Source: Amoeboaphelidium protococcarum X5 (taxonomy: Eukaryota; Fungi; Aphelidiomycota). Taken from it: 64,000 nt of DNA. The stretch is taken from NCBI GenBank assembly GCA_023515725.1, contig JALDTO010000098.1, forward strand, positions 832,164 to 896,163, read 5' to 3'. Numbering within the stretch: position 1 is the first letter of the stretch; every line of letters begins with the position of its first letter. Positions 43,282-54,657 of the stretch are shown here, piece by piece. Below the pieces are notes generated by a model. The model searched no databases. It was not told where the DNA came from and saw nothing but the letters and a program-made list of their open reading frames with translations. The position numbers were made by a program, and so were the translations under genes.

Positions 43282-44418
43282 TCATAATTTCTGACTAGGA
43301 GTAACAGACTAGAGCCATTTCAGAATCTCTGCGTTACCATCTTGATCTGAACATTACACCTACTGAGTAATAAAAGGATGCTGTAACAATTCCATATAAC
43401 TTGGCCTTTTCTATGGATTCCGATCGAGACATTTATCGAGAAAGTCTTGACATTGGGGAGAGAATTTAGAGGAATCAAGTGGAGGTGGCCGTTCATTGAT
43501 AATGGCGCTGAGTTGAGCAAATACCGAATCATACAGTTTAGGTGAGAATGGGTAATACCCATTAGCACACTCCCACACTGTCATTCCAAGTGACCAGACA
43601 TCAGATGCCACAGAGTACGGTGCCTATGGATCTATACCGGCAATCCGCTCCGGCGCCATATAACTCTGACTGCCAATATGCGTCTTGGCCATGGACTGTA
43701 TCAACTGACCACTAACACCAAAATCGCACAACTTTACCTGACCGCGCGAGTTCATTAGAACATTTGTAGGCTTCACATCGCGGTGTATAACATTCAGCTC
43801 ATTCTTCAAAAATTATAACCCCCTAATAATTCTCTAAGTTATTAAACTCAACACTGGTTCTTCCATACCTTGACCATACAATCTATCCAGAGATCCCACA
43901 TCCATGTACTCAATGCACAAGAACACCGATCCTTCGGCAAAGAAAGCCCCATAAAAATCGACTATATACTCTGATCGGGCCCTGTGCAATACATCCAATT
44001 CCATCTGAATCTACCTGAATCCAACATCTGAAATCTCTAATCTGATCTACTTCATGGCCATCGTTACATTTGAGGGAACGTGCAATACCTTGCTCACCAC
44101 TCCGTACTATCCTTTGCCAATCTCTTGTTGCACCACCAGCTCACGAAGGTTAATCTTGTACTTGGATGCCACAGAGCCATTCGATTGAAACTCTACACCT
44201 TGCGAGTTGATAAGCGTCTTGCCATTAAAAATAAGATTTCCAGCTGGATCTATAAACTTGTTGTAATTCAGCGCTCTATTAACCAGCGATGGAACTTGCA
44301 CTATACTCTGCACTTCTCCAGCTGCATTACTTACAGGCGTTGTATTGTACTACTCCTGCTATTACATCTGTTATTGTGACTAGGACAGAGCAGATAGAGT
44401 AAGCTACGGTTTCGGCAT
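43282..44418 (-). CDS. PBS2: MAP kinase kinase, Pbs2/Wis1-like (short form)
   Basis: [67 protein letters not shown]. Confidence 0.88.
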
Positions 44419-44591
44419 TTTCCACAAAGACCTGATTAAAATTTAATTTTTAAATGATAGAACTCAACAATTTAAGCAAAAGTATATTATGTAAGAACCT
44501 TGAATAGGTGGATGTTAGATGTGGTTGTTTATTGGAACAATAAGGGAATGAGTGAATGAAGGAGAAAACAAGAAACTGAATGAGAAAGATC

Positions 44592-44613
44592 GACTGACTG
44601 ACTGACTGACTGA
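44592..44613. repeat. (GACT)n microsatellite upstream of PBS2
   Basis: gactgactgactgactgactga. Confidence 0.8.
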
Positions 44614-44760
44614 GAAAGAATCGCGTTGAATCAACTGAAGGAGGAGACAGAGACGACGCGATCTGAAGGAGGGATCACAGTGAATACAATGCAGCTAATG
44701 TTGCATTCATAAGGCAATAGTTACATTCGTATAGTAATATAATAAGCTATAATTTTATAT

Positions 44761-45115
44761 TCAATCTTCATATCCACTAATTGCCTTTCTTTCCCCATCT
44801 GGATCTACAATATTTGATAAAAAGAATAAATCTAAGATTTCCGACTAAAAGCTCAATAAAGTCAACATTACATGGATAAGTCCTGGGAACGTCATTAAGA
44901 GGCTTGTATCCAGCAGCGTGTCGCATTTACGGGTAGATTAACACAATCAATGGACCTACATACTTATTTATTTATTTTTAATACAATATAGCAATTATTT
45001 CGATTTCTAGCATGTATTGAATAACTTTACCAGTGAGGCCGACAACAACAGAGTAACTCCATGCTGGCTTCTGCGTCCATGAATAAGTCCACAAGTGCTT
45101 CAATTACTAAATCAT
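44761..45115 (-). CDS. NADH:ubiquinone oxidoreductase 9.5 kDa subunit (NI9M / NDUFA3-like), 3 exons; missed by the ORF track
   Basis: Spliced product MIQQLKHLWTYSWTQKPAWSYSVVVGLTG|PLIVLIYPQMRHAAGYKPLNDVPRTYP|YPDGERKAISGYED matches the fungal pattern KPA..SV..G..GP...PxTYP.P...R....GYDD. Confidence 0.85.
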
Positions 45116-45363
45116 TACTATTCTACTTTTGCAATCCTTAGTATTTATATTCTGAATTTCCAAAGTGTAAATAAAAGTATTCAATGAAAAGTCTATCTAT
45201 AACTATACGAAAGAATGAAGAGAAAGTGATTGTTAAAGTAACGACTCGAATAAGAGAGAAAGCGCATTCTCTAATGAAGTTAATCTCTGGTCTTTTCTCT
45301 CTGTAAAGTTGAATGATACTGTAATCATAATTTTCAAGGAAAATAAAATATCGTGGTTGTAAA

Positions 45364-47283
45364 ATGAAAAATTTGGTAGATTTTATAAAGTAGATGAGAT
45401 TGTGTAAATCTTAAGCTGTACTGGAGCGATGCATTGCACTTAATCTGAAAGAAATTCGATTGGAGTTGCAGAGTTCTGATATTGATGAGAAGCACTGTGC
45501 GGCATAAAAGCTGTGTTATATCAATATGCTGGGGTACCGGGTAGATATTCCCGGTGTAGTTGATATGATACTTATGGAGCTGATGTCTTAGAGTAAGAAT
45601 GTGGAGTATAAACGCGATGGATACTTGCTAGCATCAATGATGGTCTCTTCTGATAGTTCATGCTAGTCCTTATTGATTAATCAGGTGCGCAAAGATTTAG
45701 CGTCTCCATACAGCGTAGAAGTTGGCTTGGCATTAGAATATATATCTCAGGTGGCGAATGAAGAGTCCGTATCTCATTATAGATCTGATGTGGTTCGAGT
45801 GATAGTAAAAGCTTAGAAGCAAAAAGATACTATAGTTGTTAGTAAAGTAATATTATCGCTGCATGCAATCGTTAAAGCATGTGGGTTGGACAAATAGATT
45901 GTTGAATTGCTGGTGAACATTCTTAAGAGCAACTAGGATTAGCGAGTGATAAACTCTGTAGTAACATTGCTGGGTGATCTTGTATTGAATTAGGCTCTGA
46001 GATCAGAAGTACTTGTTCTGGCACCTGCTCTATTCAAGCTTCTGATCACTGTAAAGAACAATTGGCTGCTGATCAAGATTATTAGAATACTTGGATAGCT
46101 TGCGTCTGCGGAACCTAGACTGTATCCCCGATTACGCGGACCATTACTAAAGATTCTGTAATTTACTCCTGCTCCATCTGTTATTTATGAATGTGTTGCC
46201 GTTCTCTCCGAAGATTCCGACTTGGGAACTGATAACAGGGGTGAAATTGTTTAAAAGTGTTTGATATTCTTTCGAGTGCATGACGTTAATTTATACTTGG
46301 CTGGTCTTAAATTGTTGATTTAGATGAGTGCAGTGGATGTAAGTGTTCTCAATGAATGTAAACAGTAGATTATGACTTGCGCGTAATTGCCAGATGAATA
46401 AATTTAACGTTTGGCTTATCAGTTGGTATCTCGATTGATAGATGTTGATAATGTTTAGACAGTTGTTGATAGAATGCTGTAGAATGCTAATGCTGTTGTG
46501 GTAAAATAAATAATTCAAACATTATCTTCTACTGAATATGCCCTGGTTACTGACGCGTCATGGTTCTGCAAAGTTCTTCGTTAGTTGATTGATTATAGTC
46601 TTTAATTAGATGGCGAGGATCTTTCTATGGATGTTGACTCTTTATATTATTTTATCATTGGTTATGTTGATCAGTGCTAAAATCTCGGGGATCAGATTGA
46701 AGTTTTATAGATGGTTTGTATCTCTTTATGCTCCAATCTATCTTTAACCAGGTTTGTATCGTCTAATTGGATTGTGATGATGATCGCTGTTTGCATCAAG
46801 TACCTCGATGTGTATAATGATTTTGACCGCCTTATCTCCATATCAATTAATTATGCAGATTCTATCGAGTTGAATAAAAGCTATGCTTAGCTATTGATTT
46901 TCTCTTTCACGTCCTAAAGTCTAAAGTTGGATGAGAAGACATCTAAAAGCCGCGTGAAGAAGGTTGAGCAAAGATTGAAAGGTGTTAATGGAATGGACTA
47001 TGAGGGATCGTTACTCAAAATGATAGCTCAAGATTCATTTAAAGCATAATTATCGTAGATGGATAAAGAATATAATCGTGCGTAATAAGCTGCTATTGAT
47101 AACGTTGAGGTTGAGGATGACCAAGTTTAAACTTTGAGTAAAGAATCTGTCAAGGCGCAACTTTTCAGCTTGATAGATGTATCTCCTCTGCAAGATAATC
47201 TGCTCCTCTCCAATTAACATTCGTAAAGTTTAACCGATAAGTAGAATCAAGTCCGCACTTCTAGTCCCTTCTACTTAAAATGA
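45364..47283 (+). CDS. APL5: AP-3 complex delta adaptin (divergent, ~640 aa); missed by the ORF track
   Basis: KLCYINMLGY, YKRDGYL, LINQVRKDL, LAPALFKLL, NNWLLIKIIR...EPRL; single TAR-rich frame to TGA 47281-47283. Confidence 0.85.
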
Positions 47284-47373
47284 TGCATTGAAAAGTAAAG
47301 AGAACTAAAGTGATGTTTATATCAAAAAAGTCTATAACTTTACTCGCTTCACTTACATTACGCGATACTTTTC

Positions 47374-48460
47374 TCATTCCTCACCTTCATCTTCATCCTC
47401 AACCTCTTCGTCTTCATCTGAAAAGTCAGAGGACCCCCAATCTGCCTCATATTCTTCCAAAATTTCTTCCATCGAAGCTTATAAGTCTTCGCTAGGATCT
47501 TCAATCTGACCATAAACCTGCTTAATTTCCTCAACGATGGACTCGAATTCATCCTCATAAAATTCCAACTTTACTAGCAAAATATCAAACTTTGTCGTTA
47601 GCATCTCTTGCTTGATGGATGGATACTTGGAGAAGACTTCACCCCAAGTTTGTTGCAACGATTATAGCATACTCACTTCTTCTTCCGCATCGTCATCGGC
47701 CATGACCACTAACTGAAGTTTAGCCAGCTGGGATTACACGCGTAATAACTCCATCTACGGCTTTAACTCAGGCTCAGCGCACTCAAGCCCTTTTTCTACA
47801 ATTTTCGCAATCAATTTAATACCATCAGACTCCAAGCTGCAGTCGAATACAATGATAGCAAAGCCACAAAGCGAAATCAAATTTTAATCCGCCTTGATAC
47901 TAGGTAGATCAGCCAAACGCGTCAAAAGGGTCATAGTGTCATCTCCAGCGTCATCATCAATTATGAAATCTGCCAAACATTTCAGCACGTAATAATCCTA
48001 ATCACGCTTCTCTTCATCAAGGTCGTAAAGAATATCCTAGACTAGCATCAGATACTCTTCACTTTAGTCATGCTCCTCATGATCCTCGTTGTGACGCAGA
48101 TACTGAGCGAAAGCGAATAAAGATTTGGCACAAACGTAGACCACTTGACCATTCTCAGAATCGGCATCGTACAGCTTTCTACTTTCAATTACTGCAGCTC
48201 TGATGCAAAGCTCTTATTGGTCTTAATTGCCTTCGCCTACATTATCACAATATCAAGATGGTTAAATTCAATGTTTGGATAGATTCAATATTACTTTCAT
48301 GCTGAGCGGCAGTGGTAAGAAGTTGTGCGATATCTTCGACCGTTATCTAATCGTCGTCAGTCTTTCCAGGTATGACCACAGCCTGCTATAGCTCAGTAGC
48401 CTTGTTTTTCTGTTCCTCCACTGCTGTACGCGCTAATACTGCTGGTTTCCTCTTGACCAT
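47374..48460 (-). CDS. Acidic helical-repeat protein, possibly Nro1/Ett1-like; intron ~48237-48294
   Basis: MVKRKP basic start, long helical ORF under TAR=Gln, acidic C-terminus ending in TGA 47374-47376. Family guess is weak. Confidence 0.55.
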
Positions 48461-49130
48461 TCTAGCAATAATTTGATATCAGGAACAATAATTTACAATC
48501 GCGTTTGATTTGTTTTCACGAGTAAAAAGGGATCACTTTAACGGCCACGCACACGTCGTTTTTAGCATGTGTACACAATAAAAGAGGAACGTCTAACAAA
48601 AAGTGCTTCCTCTGAGAATCGAACTCAGATTTGAAGATTATGAGACTTCTGTCCTAACCCTTAGACGAAGGAAGCTTTTCTGGATGAAATGAGAAAGGCT
48701 GTAAATTAATAAACCATAATTAAGTGTGTCGCTATGCATAGTAAGGCTCGTCTCGTCTCTTAGAGTTCTATGATGATGGTACTCATAAATTCTTAAAAGA
48801 ACGTGTAGTTTCTTATGTTTCTTTTCTTACTTTGTAACCTTAACGCAAGTGATAGAGAACCGAATTATATTGCGTGTATTCTGTCCGAGTTATTTTATAC
48901 TGATAAGCTTAAACATTAAATCTCAGCTTAGCGGGTCTGTTTTGCATTCTGCGCCTCTAAGCAATCGCTTATGAAAAAAGGTAGAACCGGCTTGTTTGAA
49001 TCATCTGTATCCAGTCCGATCAATTGCCCAGAAAGTGCTGATCTGATATAACCTCTACCACTATAAAAGGATCGATAATACCCATGTCCATCTCTTTCTC
49101 CAATACCAAACATCCTGAAAGTGACCAATA

Positions 49131-50081
49131 ATGAAGACTACAATCTTGGCAACTGTTGCAACCATCATCGCGTGCTCCTCCAACTTGGTGGCTGCTGATG
49201 ATCACAAGGATTTCAAGGTGCTGGTGACTCCAAAGTTGAAGTATCATGACGCGTCCAAGTACTGCAAGATCCAAGGCTACTCTCTGATTGATGTCACTTC
49301 TGAGAACTTTAATCCACTGTCCAAATTTGTGTCCAAGAAATTGGGAAAGGATCCTGTTTGGATTCGCTCCTGGAATGGCGATGATTATGAGCAAAAGTAT
49401 GGTCAGACTCCACTGGCTTTGACTCCAATGAGCAAGTTTGGCAAAGGTTCCATCAATGTCCGCAAAGATTATGGGTTGAAACTACGTGGTATCTGCCAGC
49501 TGTATCCGCGCGTCTCCTATGGCTATAAAAAGAAGGACTATGGTAAGAAGGATTACGAGAGCAGATCTATCTCTAACAATAGTTACGGATATGATGACAA
49601 GACTGGTGTCTATAAGGTTCCTACTTATGGCTTTGATAGTGAGAAGAAGGACTATGGCTACGGCGACAAGGAGAATTATGGCTCTGGTGACAAGAAAGAT
49701 TATGGCTACGAGAACAAAAAGGAGCACGACTATGAAGTTGAAAAGCCACACTATGGATACGATGAGCCATCTTACGGATATGATCACGTAAAGTAGTATG
49801 GTGTCAGAGATTTGAAGGTTGACAACAAGGACTATGAGAAGAAGGACTATGAGAAGAAGGACTATGGCAAGAAAGACTATGGTAAAGATGAGAAGAAAGA
49901 CTATGGCAAGAAAGACTATGGTAAAGATGAGAAGAAAGACTATGGCAAGGACTATGAGAAGAAAGATTACGGCAAGGAGAAGAAGGATTATGGTAAAGAT
50001 GACAAGAAGGATTATGGCAAAGATGACAAGAAGCCTGAGGATGGTTACGAGAAGCCTTACCCAATGCCAACCTGGGAATGA
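49131..50081 (+). CDS. Secreted protein: signal peptide, C-type-lectin-like domain, KKDYG/KKDYE repeat tail (316 aa), copy 1
   Basis: ORF-track pieces 49131-49796 and 49812-50081 are one frame joined through TAG=Gln; YHDASKYC...GYSL, VWIRSW, RGIC; TATA-like tataaaag at ~49062. Confidence 0.85.
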
Positions 50082-50253
50082 TACTGATGAAATGACGCGA
50101 ATATCATGAATGTATGAATGAATGAATCAATGAAATATACTGCCATTTGAAAATATCATAAAGCCTGGTTTAAAATTTTCTTCTAATGCAAGATTAAAAA
50201 AAGTATTGCGGCGTAAAGGCCCTCAGTCATGGACTTCCTAAATCAAACTGGTT

Positions 50254-50733
50254 TCAGGAATCAGTCTTATACCCATTACGATGATTAAAGGCTTGAACAT
50301 CAATGCACCAATGATTAAGCTGACGGTTCTCATCATCCTGAGCACGCGCAATTTTCAGATCCAGAGATTCTGCAGCCGCCGACTTGTCGCGTTAGAACTA
50401 TTCACCGCTCTTCTGCAGCTCCTTCTCCATCTGCTGCAACATTGCACTGTTATCAGTAGCATCTCCTTGCTAGGCCATGACTTCAATTTAGTTACGTAAT
50501 TTCGTGATCTTGATGGCAAAAGCTTCATTTACAGTGTGATATTCGTGTTCCATCTCGTTGCGACGGGCAGCCATGCTTCTTGGTGACATGTGGACCGATA
50601 ATGGCGCGACAATGCCAGACTCGTTTGTATCGACATCAGTTCTTTGACCGTTGACAAACTTGTTCATGACGCTACCCACCAACTCACGTATTGGATCCTA
50701 TTGCTGGGTGTTGTTGTTATTTGGAACCGTCAT
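50254..50733 (-). CDS. Hypothetical coiled-coil protein (159 aa), copy 1
   Basis: ATG-to-TGA ORF under TAR=Gln, the same as 56767-57246. Confidence 0.7.
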
Positions 50734-50796
50734 TATGCGTAATTATCTGATCAAGGATCAGAACATGATGAATCGCGTCGTTGCTAATGGTTGAAA

Positions 50797-51177
50797 GCTG
50801 TCAAAAAACTGCTGGGGACCAATAGTTTGAAATACGATGACAGGTAGAAGTTTGTCGTGTTTTTTGGAGAGGCTGGAAAGTCAGGCTTTAGCAACTTTGG
50901 ACGGAAGCGGCGTGCTCCTTTGGCTGAGTTTAGACGCATATTGAACAACTATGCCATCGTTAAATTAACGCCTGAGAATTGGTCGAGTTAGAGGTGCTGT
51001 CAATGTCCTGATTTCTCAATTGGAATGAGAAACTTGGCAGATGGCTAAGACGCATTTCATTGTCATCATGGCCACCAAGCTGATGGAGATTTGAACGCCG
51101 CAGTGAATATCCTCTTCATTGGACTCTACATGATGATGAATAATGGAGTCTTCCCAAAGATCTTTGTCAATGTTTGA
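50797..51177 (+). pseudogene. 5'-truncated Fanzor/TnpB-family RuvC endonuclease (RuvC-II, Zn finger, RuvC-III)
   Basis: Frame 1 with TAR=Gln: KFVVFFGEAGKSGFSNFGRKRRAPLAEFRRILNNYAIVKLTPENWSSQRCCQC...FHCHHGHQADGDLNAAVNILFIG...*. No RuvC-I or REC/WED region is visible. Confidence 0.8.
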
Positions 51178-51564
51178 ATGAGTTTGTCACGAAAGATTTT
51201 ATTTCTTAAGCTTACTATTTTGTTGAATATTGTTATTGCATTTTACACCAATTTGTCAAATTGATTGATTTGGATTTCGCAAGCATTCTAGCGTGTCTCA
51301 TAAATCAAGCGTTCATTACAGGGAATAATCAAGCTGTCATTCAAGTCTTTAGATGTCAATGTCTTTTGGCAATGGTGTCTTGGGACGCGACATGAGATGA
51401 TGTGATCAATCAGGTTTAGCTTGTTTGCTTTGGAGGTGAGATGGCATCAGTTGACTATAAATTCCGATGAATGAAATATTTTTGTTTTGAATATGAATTT
51501 TAGTAATCTATAATACTCTCCATATCTCTGTCTGCTTCTATCACCAAGACTTGTAATATCAGTC

Positions 51565-52158
51565 ATGCTTGCTGCTAATCGTATCAATGAAAAATAAATT
51601 ATTAAAGATTATATCCACTAAGTCGGTGGATTTGATGACGGGCGTATAGTGAATCGATAAACTGGCGTCAACGTGAGAAATTTTCTGTTTCAGCACTACG
51701 GAACTTAAACGCTTGTCTTTGGAGAAATTTTTGGAGATGCGAGATGGTCTGTTGGCGGCGATGAAGATGCTGCGAGAATGGTCTTAATAAGGCTTATTCG
51801 ATATTTTCCTTCTGATATGCGAAGTTCGATGCGCAATTTGATGAAGGTGAGTCCCATGGCGTGGTGACACAAGGTGTTGGAGGAACGTTCAAGAATGGTT
51901 GCCCGCGACAAGGAGGTGCAATTAGTTTTTGAAGCTCATACTAATTACAAGGAGGTGTACGCTTAATGGTTGACTCAAACTAGTCTGCGAGGTTTTTAAT
52001 TAGTAATCGCTGCTCGTCATCGTGCTGAGTCTGATCCTGGCACTCGATTCATTTAAGAGAATGGTGAAATTGGTTAGAGTGCGTTCCGGCACTATGACAC
52101 TAAGCAAAGAAAGATTGTCTAAAAGCCTAAAAGAAAGAGATAAAAACTGCCAAGTTGA
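51565..52158 (+). pseudogene. Orphan ORF (~197 codons) with one internal TGA at 51865-51867
   Basis: Frame open from ATG 51565 to TGA 52156-52158 except one TGA, which sits inside a possible 27-nt GTGAGT...AAG segment. Confidence 0.45.
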
Positions 52159-52475
52159 TCTTCTGAAATTGAAACTTAATGATTGACATGAATTGATTTT
52201 GCTCATCGCTTTTTAACTTCCTAAACTTTTTAGCTTTCAGATATTTAATAAAACTGCTGCTGTGAGTTGAAACAGCAAATTGTAATATCTGACTTGACTT
52301 TTAAATTATGCGGGATCATAATATAATTATTGCTCGATGCTTTAAATTATGAAATACCATATTAAAGCTGTTAATTATAGGTGTATTGACAAGTAGCAGG
52401 CTGTGATGATGTGAATTTGAATAGTGAGGCAATACGTCAAATACAAGATATTGAATTGCTATATATTTTAGACAT

Positions 52476-52802
52476 TCAATCATCGAAGTTGAATCCGGTT
52501 GCAACTTTGCGTTCATTGATAGTCTGTGCAACAAACTTTCTGTCCGTATACTTACTCTTAGGAACAGAAATCAGATTCGCCATCCGTTTTGCCGTATTCT
52601 AGGATGCATTAGGATATTTGCGTTTGATGACACGATGAACAGTCTCTACCAGTTTTGAAGCAGGTGGAGTAACAGTGCGGATAATGGTTGTCTTGGCCAA
52701 CTCCTTGATTCTTGCTTTCTCTCTTTCGATCACCTTTTCAGTTACCTTCAGCTGCTTTGGAATCTTCTTGGACTTTCCTTATTGTTGCTTCTGCTTTGGC
52801 AT
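52476..52802 (-). CDS. Small highly basic orphan protein (108 aa)
   Basis: MPKQKQQQGKSKKIPKQLKVTEKVIEREKARIKELAK...GFNFDD*. Confidence 0.5.
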
Positions 52803-52912
52803 AGTTATTTGAAGAGGAAAACATCGTGTTAGAGTTGCCACGTCAAACTGATTAAAGCCGCAACGTCTAACTGATGGAATCAATCTCGTCTTACTACCGT
52901 TTTGGGAAGTGG

Positions 52913-53086
52913 TGATCCCTCTCCTGCGCGCAGCCGGCTTTTCTCAACAGTACGCTTGCCTCACAAAATTTTTTAAATTAAGGCCTCACAAAATCCTCTC
53001 CCTAGTAATTACGCTTAGCATCTTCAAAATGAGAGTACGCTGAGCGTACTCAAGCGTACAGCTGGCTACGCTACTGATCCCTCTCC
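52913..53086. repeat. Cluster of two 12-bp direct repeats and a perfect 8-bp-stem hairpin
   Basis: tgatccctctcc at 52913 and 53075; gcctcacaaaat at 52958 and 52983; gagtacgc-tga-gcgtactc at 53033-53051. Confidence 0.75.
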
Positions 53087-54657
53087 GCAGTTTAAAAGCG
53101 CTTTAATCACCTAGAAAGTCTTTCTCTCTTACTTTCGCTTATCTGGTGATCAAGATATTTGGCATCTCCAACTGACTGCCAATATCAAGAAGGTGTTCAA
53201 TGGAAGATACTACATGTTTATAATGTCTGGAATAGGGTACATCTACAGTCCACTGGTTGGTATTAATCGTCTTCTAGTTACAAGGCTGCTTGAAATTGTC
53301 TGCTGGTAAAATGCGGCGTCAACTGATATTCCATTAGCTTGGCTTTTACAAAGTTGTCTACTGGCAATCTGCTGTTGGTAATCAAGAAGTAAAAAGTTGT
53401 CCACTGATAATCACTGCTGCCGAAAAATGTATATTGATCGCTAAATGGCTAGGAGGATCCTTCTTGTAAGTCAAATTGCACTTATTGCTAATCTATTCAC
53501 TCTGCTTTAAGAAAGCTGGTACATGGACAAAAGAAGGCATGGAATCTGTGGATGGCACGACGTAGCAATGTCTGTCAGATATTTGGCGACGCGTACCTGT
53601 GGCTCGATTTCCTTTTCGTTTGCCTTTCGTTTCGAATTCTATCTTGCCTATACTGGCTTACTTTCCTTTTAATCTTGAATGTTAGCTTGACTTGACTTTC
53701 TCTTGCTTGGTTGAATTTCAAATTTGTGTTTGCCATGCATCTTTCTTCCTTTTCGGGAGTGAGATTGCCTTGTATTGGCTGCGCATAGACGACTCAGTCG
53801 TTGGGTCTTCCATTTCGGGAGTCCTGGTTCTTAACCTGCCCGCAATGGCTCGAGCGCCTAGCAGACATGGTGTGTCCGCCCAATGTCGTCACTTTCCATT
53901 GGCTGGGCTCACCCTTTGGTGTCTGCGCGTGTGAAGAAGGGGGGATCTTGAGAGGAAGGTCAGCAACGCTGTATCGAAATACACTGAATGTCAATACTGT
54001 CAATACCTAGTCAAATTCTTCAATCTTGTTCTTGGGCATAAAATTTTCAGTATTAATGTCTTTATAGATTGAGTGATGTTTATATAATATTCGGTTAAGA
54101 ACAGAATGACTTTACTTTGCACTATATCATACTTTGAGGCTTACAATGGTTAGTTAAAGCTTTCCGCAGGTGTTCAGAGAAGTTGATCTAAATGCGATAG
54201 ATAAAACACTGAACTTTGTGAAAGCCTACAGTAGTTAATTGACTAGTCTATAGGTGTGAAGTTAGGTAAAGATAAACCAAAATACAGCTTCTTAATTAGG
54301 CTCATCACTGATAGCATAAACAGTATGGAACCATTCTGAAATTCAAAGACAACCCTCTGGAAACGGATAGGTTAAAAACACGTGACTTTCATAACGAGAG
54401 CGGTAATACTCAAAATGCCAAGTACAGTAGAGATAGACAGTCGATAGCTAAGACTTTTAAAAAGGAGGATTGTAACATGATTTAAAATGATTTTGGGCAA
54501 AGTTGGCTCTATAAATTCACAATCTGTAACGTTACATGCCATGAGCCGATTCTCGTGATTTCGACACCTGGCCATCCAACAGACTTTTCGTTGATATTGA
54601 CACTTTCTTTTCACCTTTTTCACTGATATAAAATAGATTTAGATATTAGAGTGAATT

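Larger units (their letters stand above)
49039..50796 (+). repeat. Left arm of a ~1.75 kb inverted duplication
   Basis: Reverse complement of 56704-58421; differs by a few SNPs, a 1-nt indel and one 39-nt repeat unit. Confidence 0.97.

Noticed and set aside
49812-50035. CRISPR-like array
   Set aside because: The repeats are in-frame coding units (KKDYG) without unique spacers, in a eukaryotic gene.
50587-50796. Extension of the Fanzor ORF into the left arm
   Set aside because: The frame is open back to a TGA at 50584 but has no ATG or RuvC-I motif and is mostly antisense to the coiled-coil gene; not supportable as nuclease sequence.
53110-54040. Minus-strand gene starting MPKNKIEEFD
   Set aside because: Every frame is interrupted by TGA; may be a decayed element gene, but no product can be assigned.
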